Shown here: positions 19,205 to 30,164 of the stretch, one piece after another
Position numbering within the stretch: position 1 is the stretch's first letter
How the letters are laid out: each line of letters opens with the position of its first letter
From: Dickeya dadantii NCPPB 898
GTDB lineage: Bacteria; Pseudomonadota; Gammaproteobacteria; Enterobacterales; Enterobacteriaceae
NCBI RefSeq assembly: GCF_000406145.1
Contig: NZ_CM001976.1
Location: 4,763,677 to 4,795,676, forward strand
DNA length: 32,000 nucleotides
Direction of reading: 5' to 3'
Translations under genes and position numbers: made by a program
The notes under the pieces: generated by a model
Told to the model about the DNA's origin: nothing
What the model saw: only the letters and a program-made list of their open reading frames with translations
The model's database searches: none

Positions 19205-19864
19205 TTATTTAGCTTCTTTCCCGTACATCGGTGAACGCGGGCCATACAGCAGAGAAGAAGGTCCACCAGCTGTCAGCAAACGCACACTAGTGATACCTGC
19301 AATATCATGACCTTTATCGGTGATAGTGTTAGCAATCTGTGTAACGGCAGCCTGAACCAGCAAACCAACAATGCCGCCGTTAGAATTCGACTGCTGTTCG
19401 CTGGAGGAAGCGGTCGCACTGCCTTTCCATAGCTCCTTACCATTGCGCAAATCCACCAAACGCGCACTGGCTGTCACACGAGTTTCACTATTTATGACCA
19501 TGTATTTTGAGCCATAGTCAGTGATATCAATATACAGAGCCGCATCCGCTCCAAAAATCTGGTGCAATTTCGCTACGCTAACGGCATGAATATCCTGAGC
19601 CGTTGTCAGACCATTCTGCTTAAAGGTCTCGTCCGTCACGGCAACCGGCAACACGTAATACCCTGATTCTGCTAACGGGTAAGTCACCTGGCTAAGAAAG
19701 CTAGTCCCAGCTTTTACATCCGGAGAATGGTTAAGCGGCGGCAATACCAGAATAGTTCTCGGTTTGCTCTGCTTGAATGAAGTATAATCATAAGGTTGCG
19801 GCTTGGCACAGCCAGTAAGAACCAGCACACCCATCAGACTGATTAATGCTAAAAAACGGTTCAT
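19205..19864 (-). CDS. DUF799 / GNA1162-like outer-membrane lipoprotein
   Basis: 219 aa. Lipobox LVLTGC followed by A. ILVLPPLNHSPDV...ESGYYVLPVAVTDETFKQNGLT...IHAV...LHQIFGADAALYI...ARLVDLRNGKELW resembles Neisseria GNA1162 as I recall it. AAGGAAA SD lies upstream. Confidence 0.85.
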   Translation of the reverse strand: MNRFLALISLMGVLVLTGCAKPQPYDYTSFKQSKPRTILVLPPLNHSPDVKAGTSFLSQVTYPLAESGYYVLPVAVTDETFKQNGLTTAQDIHAVSVAKLHQIFGADAALYIDITDYGSKYMVINSETRVTASARLVDLRNGKELWKGSATASSSEQQSNSNGGIVGLLVQAAVTQIANTITDKGHDIAGITSVRLLTAGGPSSLLYGPRSPMYGKEAK

Positions 19865-19867
19865 TGG

Positions 19868-20221
19868 TTATTTTCCTTTATTCTTGCTCAACAGAAAGTC
19901 CATGAAAGGGGCGGATTCAGGGAATAATGATTTTTCCGTCTCGAACTGCTGACGAGCATCAACACCGCGGCCTGTTTTGGCATACAGCAGGCCCAGTTGG
20001 GCATGTAATCCTGGGGGAACCGGCTTGTTTTGTGATTTGGCAACTTCTACTGACTTCTGCAAAGAAGCAATCTGCTCCTCAGGACTGGTTTTATCCTGCT
20101 GATAATATTGATAAAGTGTAGTCTGATAATTATCCCAGCTATAGATGGTCTTAGGTTCGGAAGCGCATCCTGCCAATAAAGTTGCGGCCAACAACAGCAG
20201 TGTTTTTTTATTGAATAACAT
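19868..20221 (-). CDS. DUF4810-family lipoprotein
   Basis: MLFNKKTLLLLAATLLAGC-ASEP lipoprotein signal from ATG 20221. An alternative GTG at 20239 directly abuts the upstream stop. The protein is small and helical/TPR-like (HAQLGLLYAKTGRGVDARQQFE). Confidence 0.8.
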   Translation of the reverse strand: MLFNKKTLLLLAATLLAGCASEPKTIYSWDNYQTTLYQYYQQDKTSPEEQIASLQKSVEVAKSQNKPVPPGLHAQLGLLYAKTGRGVDARQQFETEKSLFPESAPFMDFLLSKNKGK

Positions 20222-20239
20222 TATTATTTTCCCATTCAC

Positions 20240-20911
20240 TTAATTCGATGGGCGCCATGCGCCGCTTTCAATACCCGCAACCAGATTGTTAACCGCTTCG
20301 CGAATCGCCAAATCCAACACTTTGCCATTCAGCGTCGAGTCATAACTGGCGGTACCGCCAAACCCGACAACTTCACGGTTGGACAACGCATACTCACCCG
20401 CGCCCTGAACGGAATACACCACTTCGGATGTCTGAACATTCACGATATTCAGTGTGGTCTTGGCATAGGCGATCTGTGATTTGCCTCTACCCAGAATGCC
20501 CCACAGTTGCTGATCGCCGACTTCCTTACGACCAAATTCAGTTACATCCCCAGTAACAACGTAATTGGCACCTTTTAATGTCTGCGCCTGGCCTTTAATA
20601 CCTGCTTCCGTTTTCAGCTCATCCATGTTGGTGCGATCCAACACATTAAAGCGGCCGGTTTGCTGTAGATGGCTGACAAGAATGGTTTTAGCCTGATTTC
20701 CCAAACGGTCTACACCATCGGAGAAAATGCCGTTCATATAGTTGGAGCGGTTTTCAAATTTCCCAACAGAAATCGGGCTGCGGACGCCTTGATAAGGCGT
20801 GTTGTAGGACACGACTTTAGGTGTTTCCACGGTACGTGAAGATTCAGTGGCACATCCGCCCAACAGGGTGGCGGTAATGACCATAGAACAAAAAACAACC
20901 TTTTTATTCAT
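20240..20911 (-). CDS. CsgG/HfaB-family (LpoB-like) lipoprotein
   Basis: 223 aa. Lipobox ATLLGGC-ATES. ISVGKFENRS...AKTILVSHLQQTGRFNVLDRTNMDEL...ANYVVTGDVTEFG...AKTTLNIVNVQTSEVVYS follows the CsgG-family (COG1462) pattern. AAGGGA SD lies 7 nt upstream. Confidence 0.85.
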   Translation of the reverse strand: MNKKVVFCSMVITATLLGGCATESSRTVETPKVVSYNTPYQGVRSPISVGKFENRSNYMNGIFSDGVDRLGNQAKTILVSHLQQTGRFNVLDRTNMDELKTEAGIKGQAQTLKGANYVVTGDVTEFGRKEVGDQQLWGILGRGKSQIAYAKTTLNIVNVQTSEVVYSVQGAGEYALSNREVVGFGGTASYDSTLNGKVLDLAIREAVNNLVAGIESGAWRPSN

Positions 20912-21443
20912 AGACCAATCCCTTATTCAATTTATTGTTATACCGGTCAGCGTTTCCCATGAATGAGGTAAATGCCTGATAACACCGGCATCCAGCCAAC
21001 GGCGGGAACTATTATGCTTAACGTTAAGATAAGTAACCACATATTTCACATCTAAAACTAAATTAAATATCCTGAAAAAACATAAAGATTCTCACTATCC
21101 TTTTTCGATTAATAAAACTTTCACTACGTATTGCTATATCAGGCTATTTTTGTCTTTTTTGATAACTGCATGAAAAATTTTGGTTATTTTTACCCCATAT
21201 TATCTGTTCTATATCAAGATTCATGCCGACTCTAGTCGCTAGGATAAACCCCAATAACTGAGGGGATCGTTATTTTTTCTCCTGACGAGACAGGTACCAG
21301 GCCCCTTCCAAAATCACTTTCTGAGTGACCCGCTCAGGCTGGTTTCGTCATCTTTCGCCTGCCCGGCATGCAGTTCCGGCGCAACGCAGCCTGTAATCGC
21401 AACGGACATCCCGCATTGATTAAGTGAGCACACACTTACTTAA

Positions 21444-24049
<2,606 letters not shown>

Positions 24050-24056
24050 TGCCTTA

Positions 24057-24114
24057 TTGCCCGTGATGCCAGGACGCGTTCACGGGCAAGCGGCGCAGGC
24101 CGTGTCGCTGCGCC
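24057..24114 (+). other. Two tandem GC-rich hairpins after the ferredoxin gene (possible terminator or REP-like element)
   Basis: ttgcccgtga (24057-24066) pairs with tcacgggcaa (24080-24089). ggcgcag (24092-24098) pairs with ctgcgcc (24108-24114). No T run follows. Confidence 0.35.
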
Positions 24115-24348
24115 CTGTTGACATGATGTGATGTAAGCCCGATTTTTGTTTCAAATAAAATAAAATCAGTTTTAATAAAATGTGCTTTTTGAAGTATTCT
24201 GCTCGGGCAGGGATAATTATCGCCGATTTATCCGCCAGTTCCTCTTTGGCACAGATATTTGTCTGACCATTGCGTCGGAAATCAACTTCACATAGCAGTC
24301 ATTCTACTAAAAATTATCAGGTTTTTTCGTTGGCATCATGGAGTGAAT

Positions 24349-25089
24349 ATGACCTGTCATTTCGTCAGGTGGGCAAGCACGGAAGCGTTACCCGATCTGC
24401 AGCGGTTATCGGATGATCTGATTTCATCCACGCACAGTTTTTCAGTGAAGCGCCGCGAGCGTTATCTGAAAAGCCGCGCGCTGCTGGCAGAGATGATGTT
24501 TTATTTCTTCGGTTATCCAGTTCTTCCGCCCCTAATGGTTTCGCCGAATGGCAGACCCTGTTTTGTTGATCCGCATCTGCCCGATTTCAGCCTCGGCTAC
24601 GCAGGAAACACCATCGCAATCCTGCTCAGCGAGGAAGGGAAAGTGGGGATGGACGTGGAAATTGTCCGCGTCTGGAATCGTGAAACGCCGCCGCATCTGC
24701 AAACGCAGACCCACGCGGAAAAAGCCTGGATCGACGCCCAGCTTGATCCGCTGGAAGCCGCCACCCAATTATGCACTATTCGTCAGTCGGTGCTGAAAAT
24801 TCCCGGTTTCAACGCCGGCGGGCCGGAATCGCTGAAGCTGCATCCGGCCTCCGGCCGTCTGCGGTCGCGGCATATTCCGGATGTGGAAGTGATCAGCGAC
24901 ATTGATGATTATCTGGCCTGGGCCTGTGCCCATACGCCTCGCCTCGACCGTCTGGTGATGTGGAACTACACCTCGGCCTACGGCATGCGGAAATCCGGCG
25001 AAATCGTCCAACAGCAGCGTCAGTCGCGGCGCTATATCAAACTGAGCAGCCACGCGACGGAAAACGCCTCACCGCTGCTGGCGATGTAG
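24349..25089 (+). CDS. yieE: 4'-phosphopantetheinyl transferase family protein (YieE homologue)
   Basis: 246 aa from ATG 24349 (GGAG 6 nt upstream). SRALLAEMMFYFFG...PNGRPCFVDPHLPDFSLGYAGN...VGMDVEIV...TIRQSVLK is collinear with E. coli YieE. It sits next to adeP, as in K-12. Confidence 0.85.
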   Translation: MTCHFVRWASTEALPDLQRLSDDLISSTHSFSVKRRERYLKSRALLAEMMFYFFGYPVLPPLMVSPNGRPCFVDPHLPDFSLGYAGNTIAILLSEEGKVGMDVEIVRVWNRETPPHLQTQTHAEKAWIDAQLDPLEAATQLCTIRQSVLKIPGFNAGGPESLKLHPASGRLRSRHIPDVEVISDIDDYLAWACAHTPRLDRLVMWNYTSAYGMRKSGEIVQQQRQSRRYIKLSSHATENASPLLAM

Positions 25090-25144
25090 CGACAGGAACG
25101 CGAAAAAAGTAGGTCAACCGCAGGAAAAAAAGAAGTCAGCCGTA

Positions 25145-25168
25145 GCGAGCCGGGTAACCCCGGCTCGC
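25145..25168. terminator. Hairpin between the convergent yieE and adeP genes
   Basis: gcgagccggg-taac-cccggctcgc, a perfect 10-bp stem. On the minus strand a T-rich run (ttcttttttt) follows, but only after about 10 nt. Confidence 0.5.
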
Positions 25169-25174
25169 GGATGA

Positions 25175-26512
25175 TCAATGGGCGTCGATAAACACGATTT
25201 TCAGCAGGAACAACACCGCCACGGCGATGACGCACGGGCTGATATCACGCCAGCGGCCGGTCGCGGCTTTCATTACCGCGTAAGAAATGAAGCCCAACGC
25301 GATGCCTTCAGTAATAGAGAAGGTGAACGGCATCATCACGGCGGTCACGAACGCCGGTACGGATTCGGTCAGGTCATCCCAGTTAACGCGCGCCAGGCTG
25401 GCGGTCATCAACACACCGACATAAATCAGCGCACCCGCCGCCGCATAAGCCGGCACCATGCCCGCCAGCGGAGACAGGAACATCACCAGCAGGAATAAAA
25501 TCCCCACCACCACCGCCGTCAGGCCGGTACGACCGCCGATGGAAACGCCGGAAGAGCTTTCGATATACGCGGTCACGGATGAGGTGCCGATGAACGAACC
25601 GGCCACCGAGCTGATGCTATCCACATACAGCGCCTGCTTCATCTGCGGGAATTTGCCGCGGGCATCCACCAGACCGGCCTTGTCGGTCACGCCAATCAGG
25701 GTGCCGGAGGAGTCAAACAGGTTCACCAGCATGAAGGAGAAAATCACCCCGGACAGGCCCAGATTCAGCGACCCGGCCAGATCCACCTGACCGACCACAT
25801 TGCTGACGCTCGGCGGCATGGAGAACACGCCTGCGAATTTCACATCCCCCAGCAACGCGCCCAGCAGCGTGGTTACCGCGATGGAAATCAGCACCGCCGC
25901 ATGAATATTGCGGGACGCCAGCACCACGATAATGAAAAAGCCCAACGCGCCCAGCAGCACGCTATGCGAGGTCAGCTTGCCGACCGACACCAGCGTTTCC
26001 GGATTCGGCACGATAATCCCGGCGTTTTTCAGCCCGATCATAGCAATAAACAGCCCGATGCCGCTGGCGATGCCCAAGCGCAGACTGAGCGGAATATTGG
26101 CGATCATCCAGTAACGAACCTGGAATATCGTCAACAGCAGGAAACCGACCGAGCCCCAGAAGATAGCGCCCATCGCCACCTGCCACGGCAAACCCATGGT
26201 GCCGACCACCACAAAGGCGAAAAACGCGTTCAGACCCATCGCCGGCGCCAGCGCCACCGGCAGATTAGCCAGCAGGCCCATGAAAATACTACCAAAGGCG
26301 GCGATCAGACAGGTGGTGACAAACACCGCTTTGGTGTCCATCCCGGCGGCGCCCAGAATCTGCGGGTTAACAAAAACGATATACACCATCGTCAGGAAGG
26401 TGGTGAACCCGGCAATAGTCTCGGTACGAGCGGTAGTGCCGTGCTGCTTCAGTTTGAACACGCGATCCAGCAGCCCCTGCTCAGCAGCGGAACCAGACTG
26501 AGATTTATCCAT
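25175..26512 (-). CDS. adeP: Adenine permease (NCS2/AzgA family)
   Basis: 445 aa from ATG 26512. Nearly collinear with E. coli AdeP (PurP/YieG): RVFKLKQHGTTARTETIAGFTTFLTMVYIVFVNPQILGAAGMD...ends LKIVFIDAH. The ORF-track N-terminal extension was rejected. Confidence 0.95.
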   Translation of the reverse strand: MDKSQSGSAAEQGLLDRVFKLKQHGTTARTETIAGFTTFLTMVYIVFVNPQILGAAGMDTKAVFVTTCLIAAFGSIFMGLLANLPVALAPAMGLNAFFAFVVVGTMGLPWQVAMGAIFWGSVGFLLLTIFQVRYWMIANIPLSLRLGIASGIGLFIAMIGLKNAGIIVPNPETLVSVGKLTSHSVLLGALGFFIIVVLASRNIHAAVLISIAVTTLLGALLGDVKFAGVFSMPPSVSNVVGQVDLAGSLNLGLSGVIFSFMLVNLFDSSGTLIGVTDKAGLVDARGKFPQMKQALYVDSISSVAGSFIGTSSVTAYIESSSGVSIGGRTGLTAVVVGILFLLVMFLSPLAGMVPAYAAAGALIYVGVLMTASLARVNWDDLTESVPAFVTAVMMPFTFSITEGIALGFISYAVMKAATGRWRDISPCVIAVAVLFLLKIVFIDAH

Positions 26513-26667
26513 GATAAATGACCCAAAGAGAAGAAAGGAAAGATAATCGCCCGGTATCCTATACCAAAATGCGGAGCAGTTAACGCGCCGGCGGGCTTTT
26601 TTTTCCCGACGATAACAATTTTCTATATCTCCAGCCTGTTCGCAGCGGTTTCGCCTCACTTCCCGAC

Positions 26668-26683
26668 GGGAAAACGTTTGTCT
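26668..26683. promoter_or_regulatory. PurR-box-like site in the adeP/yieH divergent region
   Basis: GGGAAAACGTTTGTCT with the central palindrome AAACGTTT. It fits the degenerate PurR consensus ANGMAAACGTTTKCNT at 14/16 positions, by my own alignment. Confidence 0.35.
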
Positions 26684-26785
26684 GCCACAGAGATAAGGGG
26701 TGACGAGTCGCTTGTTTTCACAAACATCGCATTATCCCGTCAGTCAGGTAAAGTGGGGATTTTCGTCCCTCAACAAGGAATGCCC

Positions 26786-27454
26786 ATGTCCCGGATTGAA
26801 TGCGTATTTTTCGACTGCGACGGCACGCTGGTGGACAGCGAAGTTATTTGCTGCCAGGCCTACATCAATATCTTTATTCCTTACGGCGTGCAGTTGCCGC
26901 TGGATGAGGTCATCAAAACCTTCAAAGGCATGAAGCTCTACGACATCATCGAACGCATCAGCGAGCGTTTCGGCCTGACGGTTTCAATGGAGCAGATGGA
27001 ACGCCATTTCCGCCAGGAAGTGGCGCGACTGTTCGACCTTTCGTTACAGCCGATCGCGGGAGTGCGGGACGTACTGACGGCGCTGCAAGCGCCCGCCGCG
27101 GTGGTGTCCAACGGCCCGGTCAGCAAAATGCAGCATTCACTGGGGCTGACCGGCCTGCTGCCGTTCTTTGGCGAGCACCTGTACAGCGGCTACGACATCG
27201 GCAAATGGAAACCGGATCCGGCGTTGCTGCATCACGCCGCGCAGCAGATGGGAGTGACGGTGGAAAACTGCATTCTGGTGGAAGATTCGGTTTCCGGCAC
27301 GCAGGCCGGCATTGCCGCCGGCATACCGGTGTTCTACTACTGCGCCGACGAACATAACGCCCCGATCCATCACCCATTGGTGACGATGTTCCACGACATG
27401 GCGCAGTTACCGGCGCTGTGGCAGGCCCGCGGCTGGGCGCTGACCGCCGCCTGA
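26786..27454 (+). CDS. yieH: HAD-superfamily phosphatase YieH (6-phosphogluconate phosphatase-like)
   Basis: 222 aa from ATG 26786 (AAGGAA SD). MSRIECVFFDCDGTLVDSEVIC... and ...GWALTA are collinear with E. coli YieH. DxDxT motif is present. Confidence 0.9.
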   Translation: MSRIECVFFDCDGTLVDSEVICCQAYINIFIPYGVQLPLDEVIKTFKGMKLYDIIERISERFGLTVSMEQMERHFRQEVARLFDLSLQPIAGVRDVLTALQAPAAVVSNGPVSKMQHSLGLTGLLPFFGEHLYSGYDIGKWKPDPALLHHAAQQMGVTVENCILVEDSVSGTQAGIAAGIPVFYYCADEHNAPIHHPLVTMFHDMAQLPALWQARGWALTAA

Positions 27455-27458
27455 CGGC

Positions 27459-28217
27459 TCAGCCGGCTTCGTGCGACAGCGATTCCGGCGTACTGACCGG
27501 TTTGCGTCTACCGAATAGCCGACGCCGGGCGGGTTTCGGTCCGGCGCGAAAACGCCTGCTGACGCCCTGCGCCAGCAGGTCCAGCAACAGGCAAAAGATA
27601 AAATAGACCAGCGCGACGAACAGGAACACTTCGGTTGGATAGACCATGCTGCGGTTGTTGACCTGAGTCGCCAAAAAAGTCAGTTCGCCAACGCCGACGA
27701 TGTAAGCCAGCGAGGTATCTTTAATCAGCGAAATCCACTGGTTGATGAACGACGGCACCATCATGCGCAGCGCCTGCGGCAACACGATGTACCACAACGT
27801 CTGCCAGCGTCCCAACCCCAGCGACATCCCCGCCTGCCACTGACCGCGGCCTATCGCCACGATGCCGGCCTTCACGCCGTGCGCCAGATAGGCGGAGGCG
27901 ATGAACGCCAGCGCGCACACCACGGTAGTGATTTCGGGGATATCGACGCCAAACAGCATCGGCAGCAGGAAGTAGGTCCAGAAAATCAGCATGATCACCG
28001 GAATCGCGCGGAAAAAGCCCAGCACCATCGCCAGCAGTCCGCCAGCCCAGCCGCGATACATCGCCAGCGCGACCCCCAGCCCCGTACCCAACACCGCCGA
28101 TGCGATCCCGGCCATCAAACTGAGCGCCAGCGTCAGCGCTGCGCCGCCCAACGGACCTTCCGGGAACGTGCCCCACATCAGGTAGCTAAAATTGTCGCGG
28201 ATGATCGAAAAATCCAT
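27459..28217 (-). CDS. Polar amino-acid ABC transporter permease (GltK/HisM-like) with a basic C-terminal tail
   Basis: 252 aa. EAA-loop region GVKAGIVAIGRGQWQAGMSLGLGRWQTLWYIVLPQALRMMVPSFINQWISLIKDTSLAY. About 28 extra residues of Arg/Pro-rich tail follow the last TM segment. Confidence 0.9.
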   Translation of the reverse strand: MDFSIIRDNFSYLMWGTFPEGPLGGAALTLALSLMAGIASAVLGTGLGVALAMYRGWAGGLLAMVLGFFRAIPVIMLIFWTYFLLPMLFGVDIPEITTVVCALAFIASAYLAHGVKAGIVAIGRGQWQAGMSLGLGRWQTLWYIVLPQALRMMVPSFINQWISLIKDTSLAYIVGVGELTFLATQVNNRSMVYPTEVFLFVALVYFIFCLLLDLLAQGVSRRFRAGPKPARRRLFGRRKPVSTPESLSHEAG

Positions 28218-28218
28218 T

Positions 28219-28965
28219 TCAGTGCTCCTTTAGCGGTTGCCGGTGCTGACGCCACTGTCCCCAGCCTTCCAGCAGGGCGATCGCCGCGATATAAAATACC
28301 GTCGCCACCCCGAACGCCTGAAACGTGCGTAGCGTTTCGGTTTCCACCTGTCGGGAAGCATAGGACAGTTCCGCCACGCCGATCGCCATCGCCAGCGATG
28401 AATTCTTAATCACGTTCATGTACTGACCGAGCAACGGCGGCAGCGCGATGCGCAGCGCCTGCGGCAACACCACATAACGCATCACCTGCCAGTCGGTCAG
28501 CCCCAGCGCGCAGGCGGCGTACTTCTGACCATGGGCCACGCCGGCGATGCCGGCGCGAATCTCTTCCGCGATAAAGGCGGCGGAATAGAGCGTCAGGCCA
28601 AACAGTCCGGCCAGAAACTCAAACGACGGCCCGTTCAGCCCAAGCAGCGGAATCACGTGCGAGCTGTTGAGCCACTGCATCAGCCCGGCGGGCAGCCACT
28701 GCGCCGCGCCGAAGTACCAGAAGAACAATTGCACCAGCAGCGGGGTGTTGCGAAACAAGGAGCAATACGCGATAGCCAGCCAGCGCAGCAGCGGCGTACG
28801 GCTGTCGCGGCCGGCCGCCAGCACCAGACCCAGCGCGGTCGCCAACACCACGGTGGCGGCGGCGATACCGAGCGTGACCTGAAAGCCTTGCCACAGCCAT
28901 TGCAGATACTGAGGCGCCAGCAGCCAGTCGGTCAGCCATTGTCGGATAGATTCATCAGTCATCAT
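28219..28965 (-). CDS. Polar amino-acid ABC transporter permease (GltJ/HisQ-like)
   Basis: LFRNTPLLVQLFFWYF...EEIRAGIAGVAHGQKYAACALGLTDWQVMRYVVLPQALRIALPPLLGQYMNVIKNSSLA. I prefer the ATG at 28965. The ORF track uses TTG at 28971. Confidence 0.9.
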   Translation of the reverse strand: MMTDESIRQWLTDWLLAPQYLQWLWQGFQVTLGIAAATVVLATALGLVLAAGRDSRTPLLRWLAIAYCSLFRNTPLLVQLFFWYFGAAQWLPAGLMQWLNSSHVIPLLGLNGPSFEFLAGLFGLTLYSAAFIAEEIRAGIAGVAHGQKYAACALGLTDWQVMRYVVLPQALRIALPPLLGQYMNVIKNSSLAMAIGVAELSYASRQVETETLRTFQAFGVATVFYIAAIALLEGWGQWRQHRQPLKEH

Positions 28966-28975
28966 AAACAAGAAG

Positions 28976-28998
28976 GCCCCCGGGATCGGTCCGGGGGC
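28976..28998 (-). other. Intercistronic GC hairpin between the binding-protein and permease genes
   Basis: gcccccgg (28976-28983) pairs with ccgggggc (28991-28998) around a 7-nt loop. On the minus strand it is followed by cttcttgttt. It may be a partial terminator or mRNA-stability element. Confidence 0.5.
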
Positions 28999-29065
28999 AA
29001 ATCACAACCATCAAGTAAGAAACTACGGTAACAACTATCGGATTGAGAATACTGTGACAGCGTAC

Positions 29066-29902
29066 TCAAGCCTTGGGTTGCTGATCCAGCGGCGCGATTT
29101 TGAAATCGCCGCGCGGCTGGGCAGACGGTGTTTCCGGCCCGAACCAGCGATTGTAAATTTTCACCACGTCGCCCTGTTTTTCCAGATTCAGCAGGATGTC
29201 ATTCACTTTCTGCGTCAGGCGGTCCTCGCCCTTCGGAATACCGATGCCCTGATACTCTTTGGTGATGCTGAACGGAGAAATTTCAAAGTCGGCTTTCTGC
29301 GCCGCCGGCAGGTTACCCAGCAGCCCGACCAGCTTGGCGTCGTCCTGGGTGATGGCTTGCACGTTGCCGTTACGCAGCGCGGTGAACGCCAGCGGGGTAT
29401 CGTCGTAGGAAATCACTTTGGCGGTCGGGTAGTGCTCACGCAGGGTGATTTCCTGCACGGTGCCCTTGTCGGCGCCAATGCGCAAATTCTTGATGTCATC
29501 CGGCGTTTTCAGCACGCCTTTGTGGGCGATGAACTTCTGGCCGGTGGCGAAATAAGGCACGCTGAAATTGACCTGTTTGGCGCGTTCATCGGTAATGGTG
29601 AAGTTGGCCGCAATCAGATCGACTTTCTTCGAGGTCAGCAGCGGAATACGGTTGGCCGGATTGGTGGCGCGCAGCTCTACTTTGACGCCCAGCGCCTTGC
29701 CGATGGCTTCCGCTACGTCCACATCGTAGCCCACCAGCTTTTTGCTTTGCGGATCGACATAGCCAAACGGCGGATTGCTGTCGAACACCGCCACTTTCAC
29801 CACGCCCGCTTTCTGGATGTCATCCAGCTTGTCGGCTTGCGCGTTGCCTGCGAGAGAAACTAGTCCTGCCAGAAGGGAAAATGCCAAAAGAGATTTTTTC
29901 AT
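29066..29902 (-). CDS. Periplasmic polar amino-acid binding protein (SBP family 3)
   Basis: 278 aa. Sec signal MKKSLLAFSLLAGLVSLAGNAQA-DK. VKVAVFDSNPPFGYVD...GYDVDVAEAIGKALG...DLIAANFTITDERAKQVNFSVPYF is the typical family-3 SBP pattern. Confidence 0.9.
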   Translation of the reverse strand: MKKSLLAFSLLAGLVSLAGNAQADKLDDIQKAGVVKVAVFDSNPPFGYVDPQSKKLVGYDVDVAEAIGKALGVKVELRATNPANRIPLLTSKKVDLIAANFTITDERAKQVNFSVPYFATGQKFIAHKGVLKTPDDIKNLRIGADKGTVQEITLREHYPTAKVISYDDTPLAFTALRNGNVQAITQDDAKLVGLLGNLPAAQKADFEISPFSITKEYQGIGIPKGEDRLTQKVNDILLNLEKQGDVVKIYNRWFGPETPSAQPRGDFKIAPLDQQPKA

Positions 29903-30100
29903 CTTTATTATCCGCCTATAAGCCGCTGTTCATAAACGATTTTGAAACGATCGTTAATCCAATGAATGCAGGCTAACAGCGGCCCCGGCGCGTCGGAAAT
30001 AACATAAACACCCATAATATGAACTTATGTTATATCCGGTCGCTGGCAACCTCGGGTGACAGGGTGCGATGCGGCGTTACCATTACAGCCTCACAAACGA

Positions 30101-30126
30101 CAACGCCCCGCACGGGCGGGGCGTTG
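30101..30126 (-). terminator. Probable terminator of the pst-phoU operon
   Basis: caacgccccg (30101-30110) pairs with cggggcgttg (30117-30126), a 10-bp stem. On the minus strand it is followed by tcgtttgtg. Confidence 0.6.
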
Positions 30127-30164
30127 AGAACATCGTCGGCAAGCCGGCAATCAATAAGCCAGAC

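Noticed and set aside
24212-24221. The GATAATTATC palindrome upstream of yieE, considered as a possible Fur box.
   Set aside because: Only the first hexamer and its overlapping complement fit. The flanks do not match the 19-bp Fur consensus when aligned by eye.
26584-26604. A GC-rich stretch followed by T8 on the plus strand, considered as a terminator.
   Set aside because: I could not draw a stem longer than 3 bp, and no upstream plus-strand gene exists for it to terminate. It lies in the adeP leader region on the opposite strand.
26513-26680. Possible purine/adenine riboswitch in the adeP leader.
   Set aside because: The minus-strand leader lacks the conserved purine-riboswitch core segments and three-way junction pattern that I remember.
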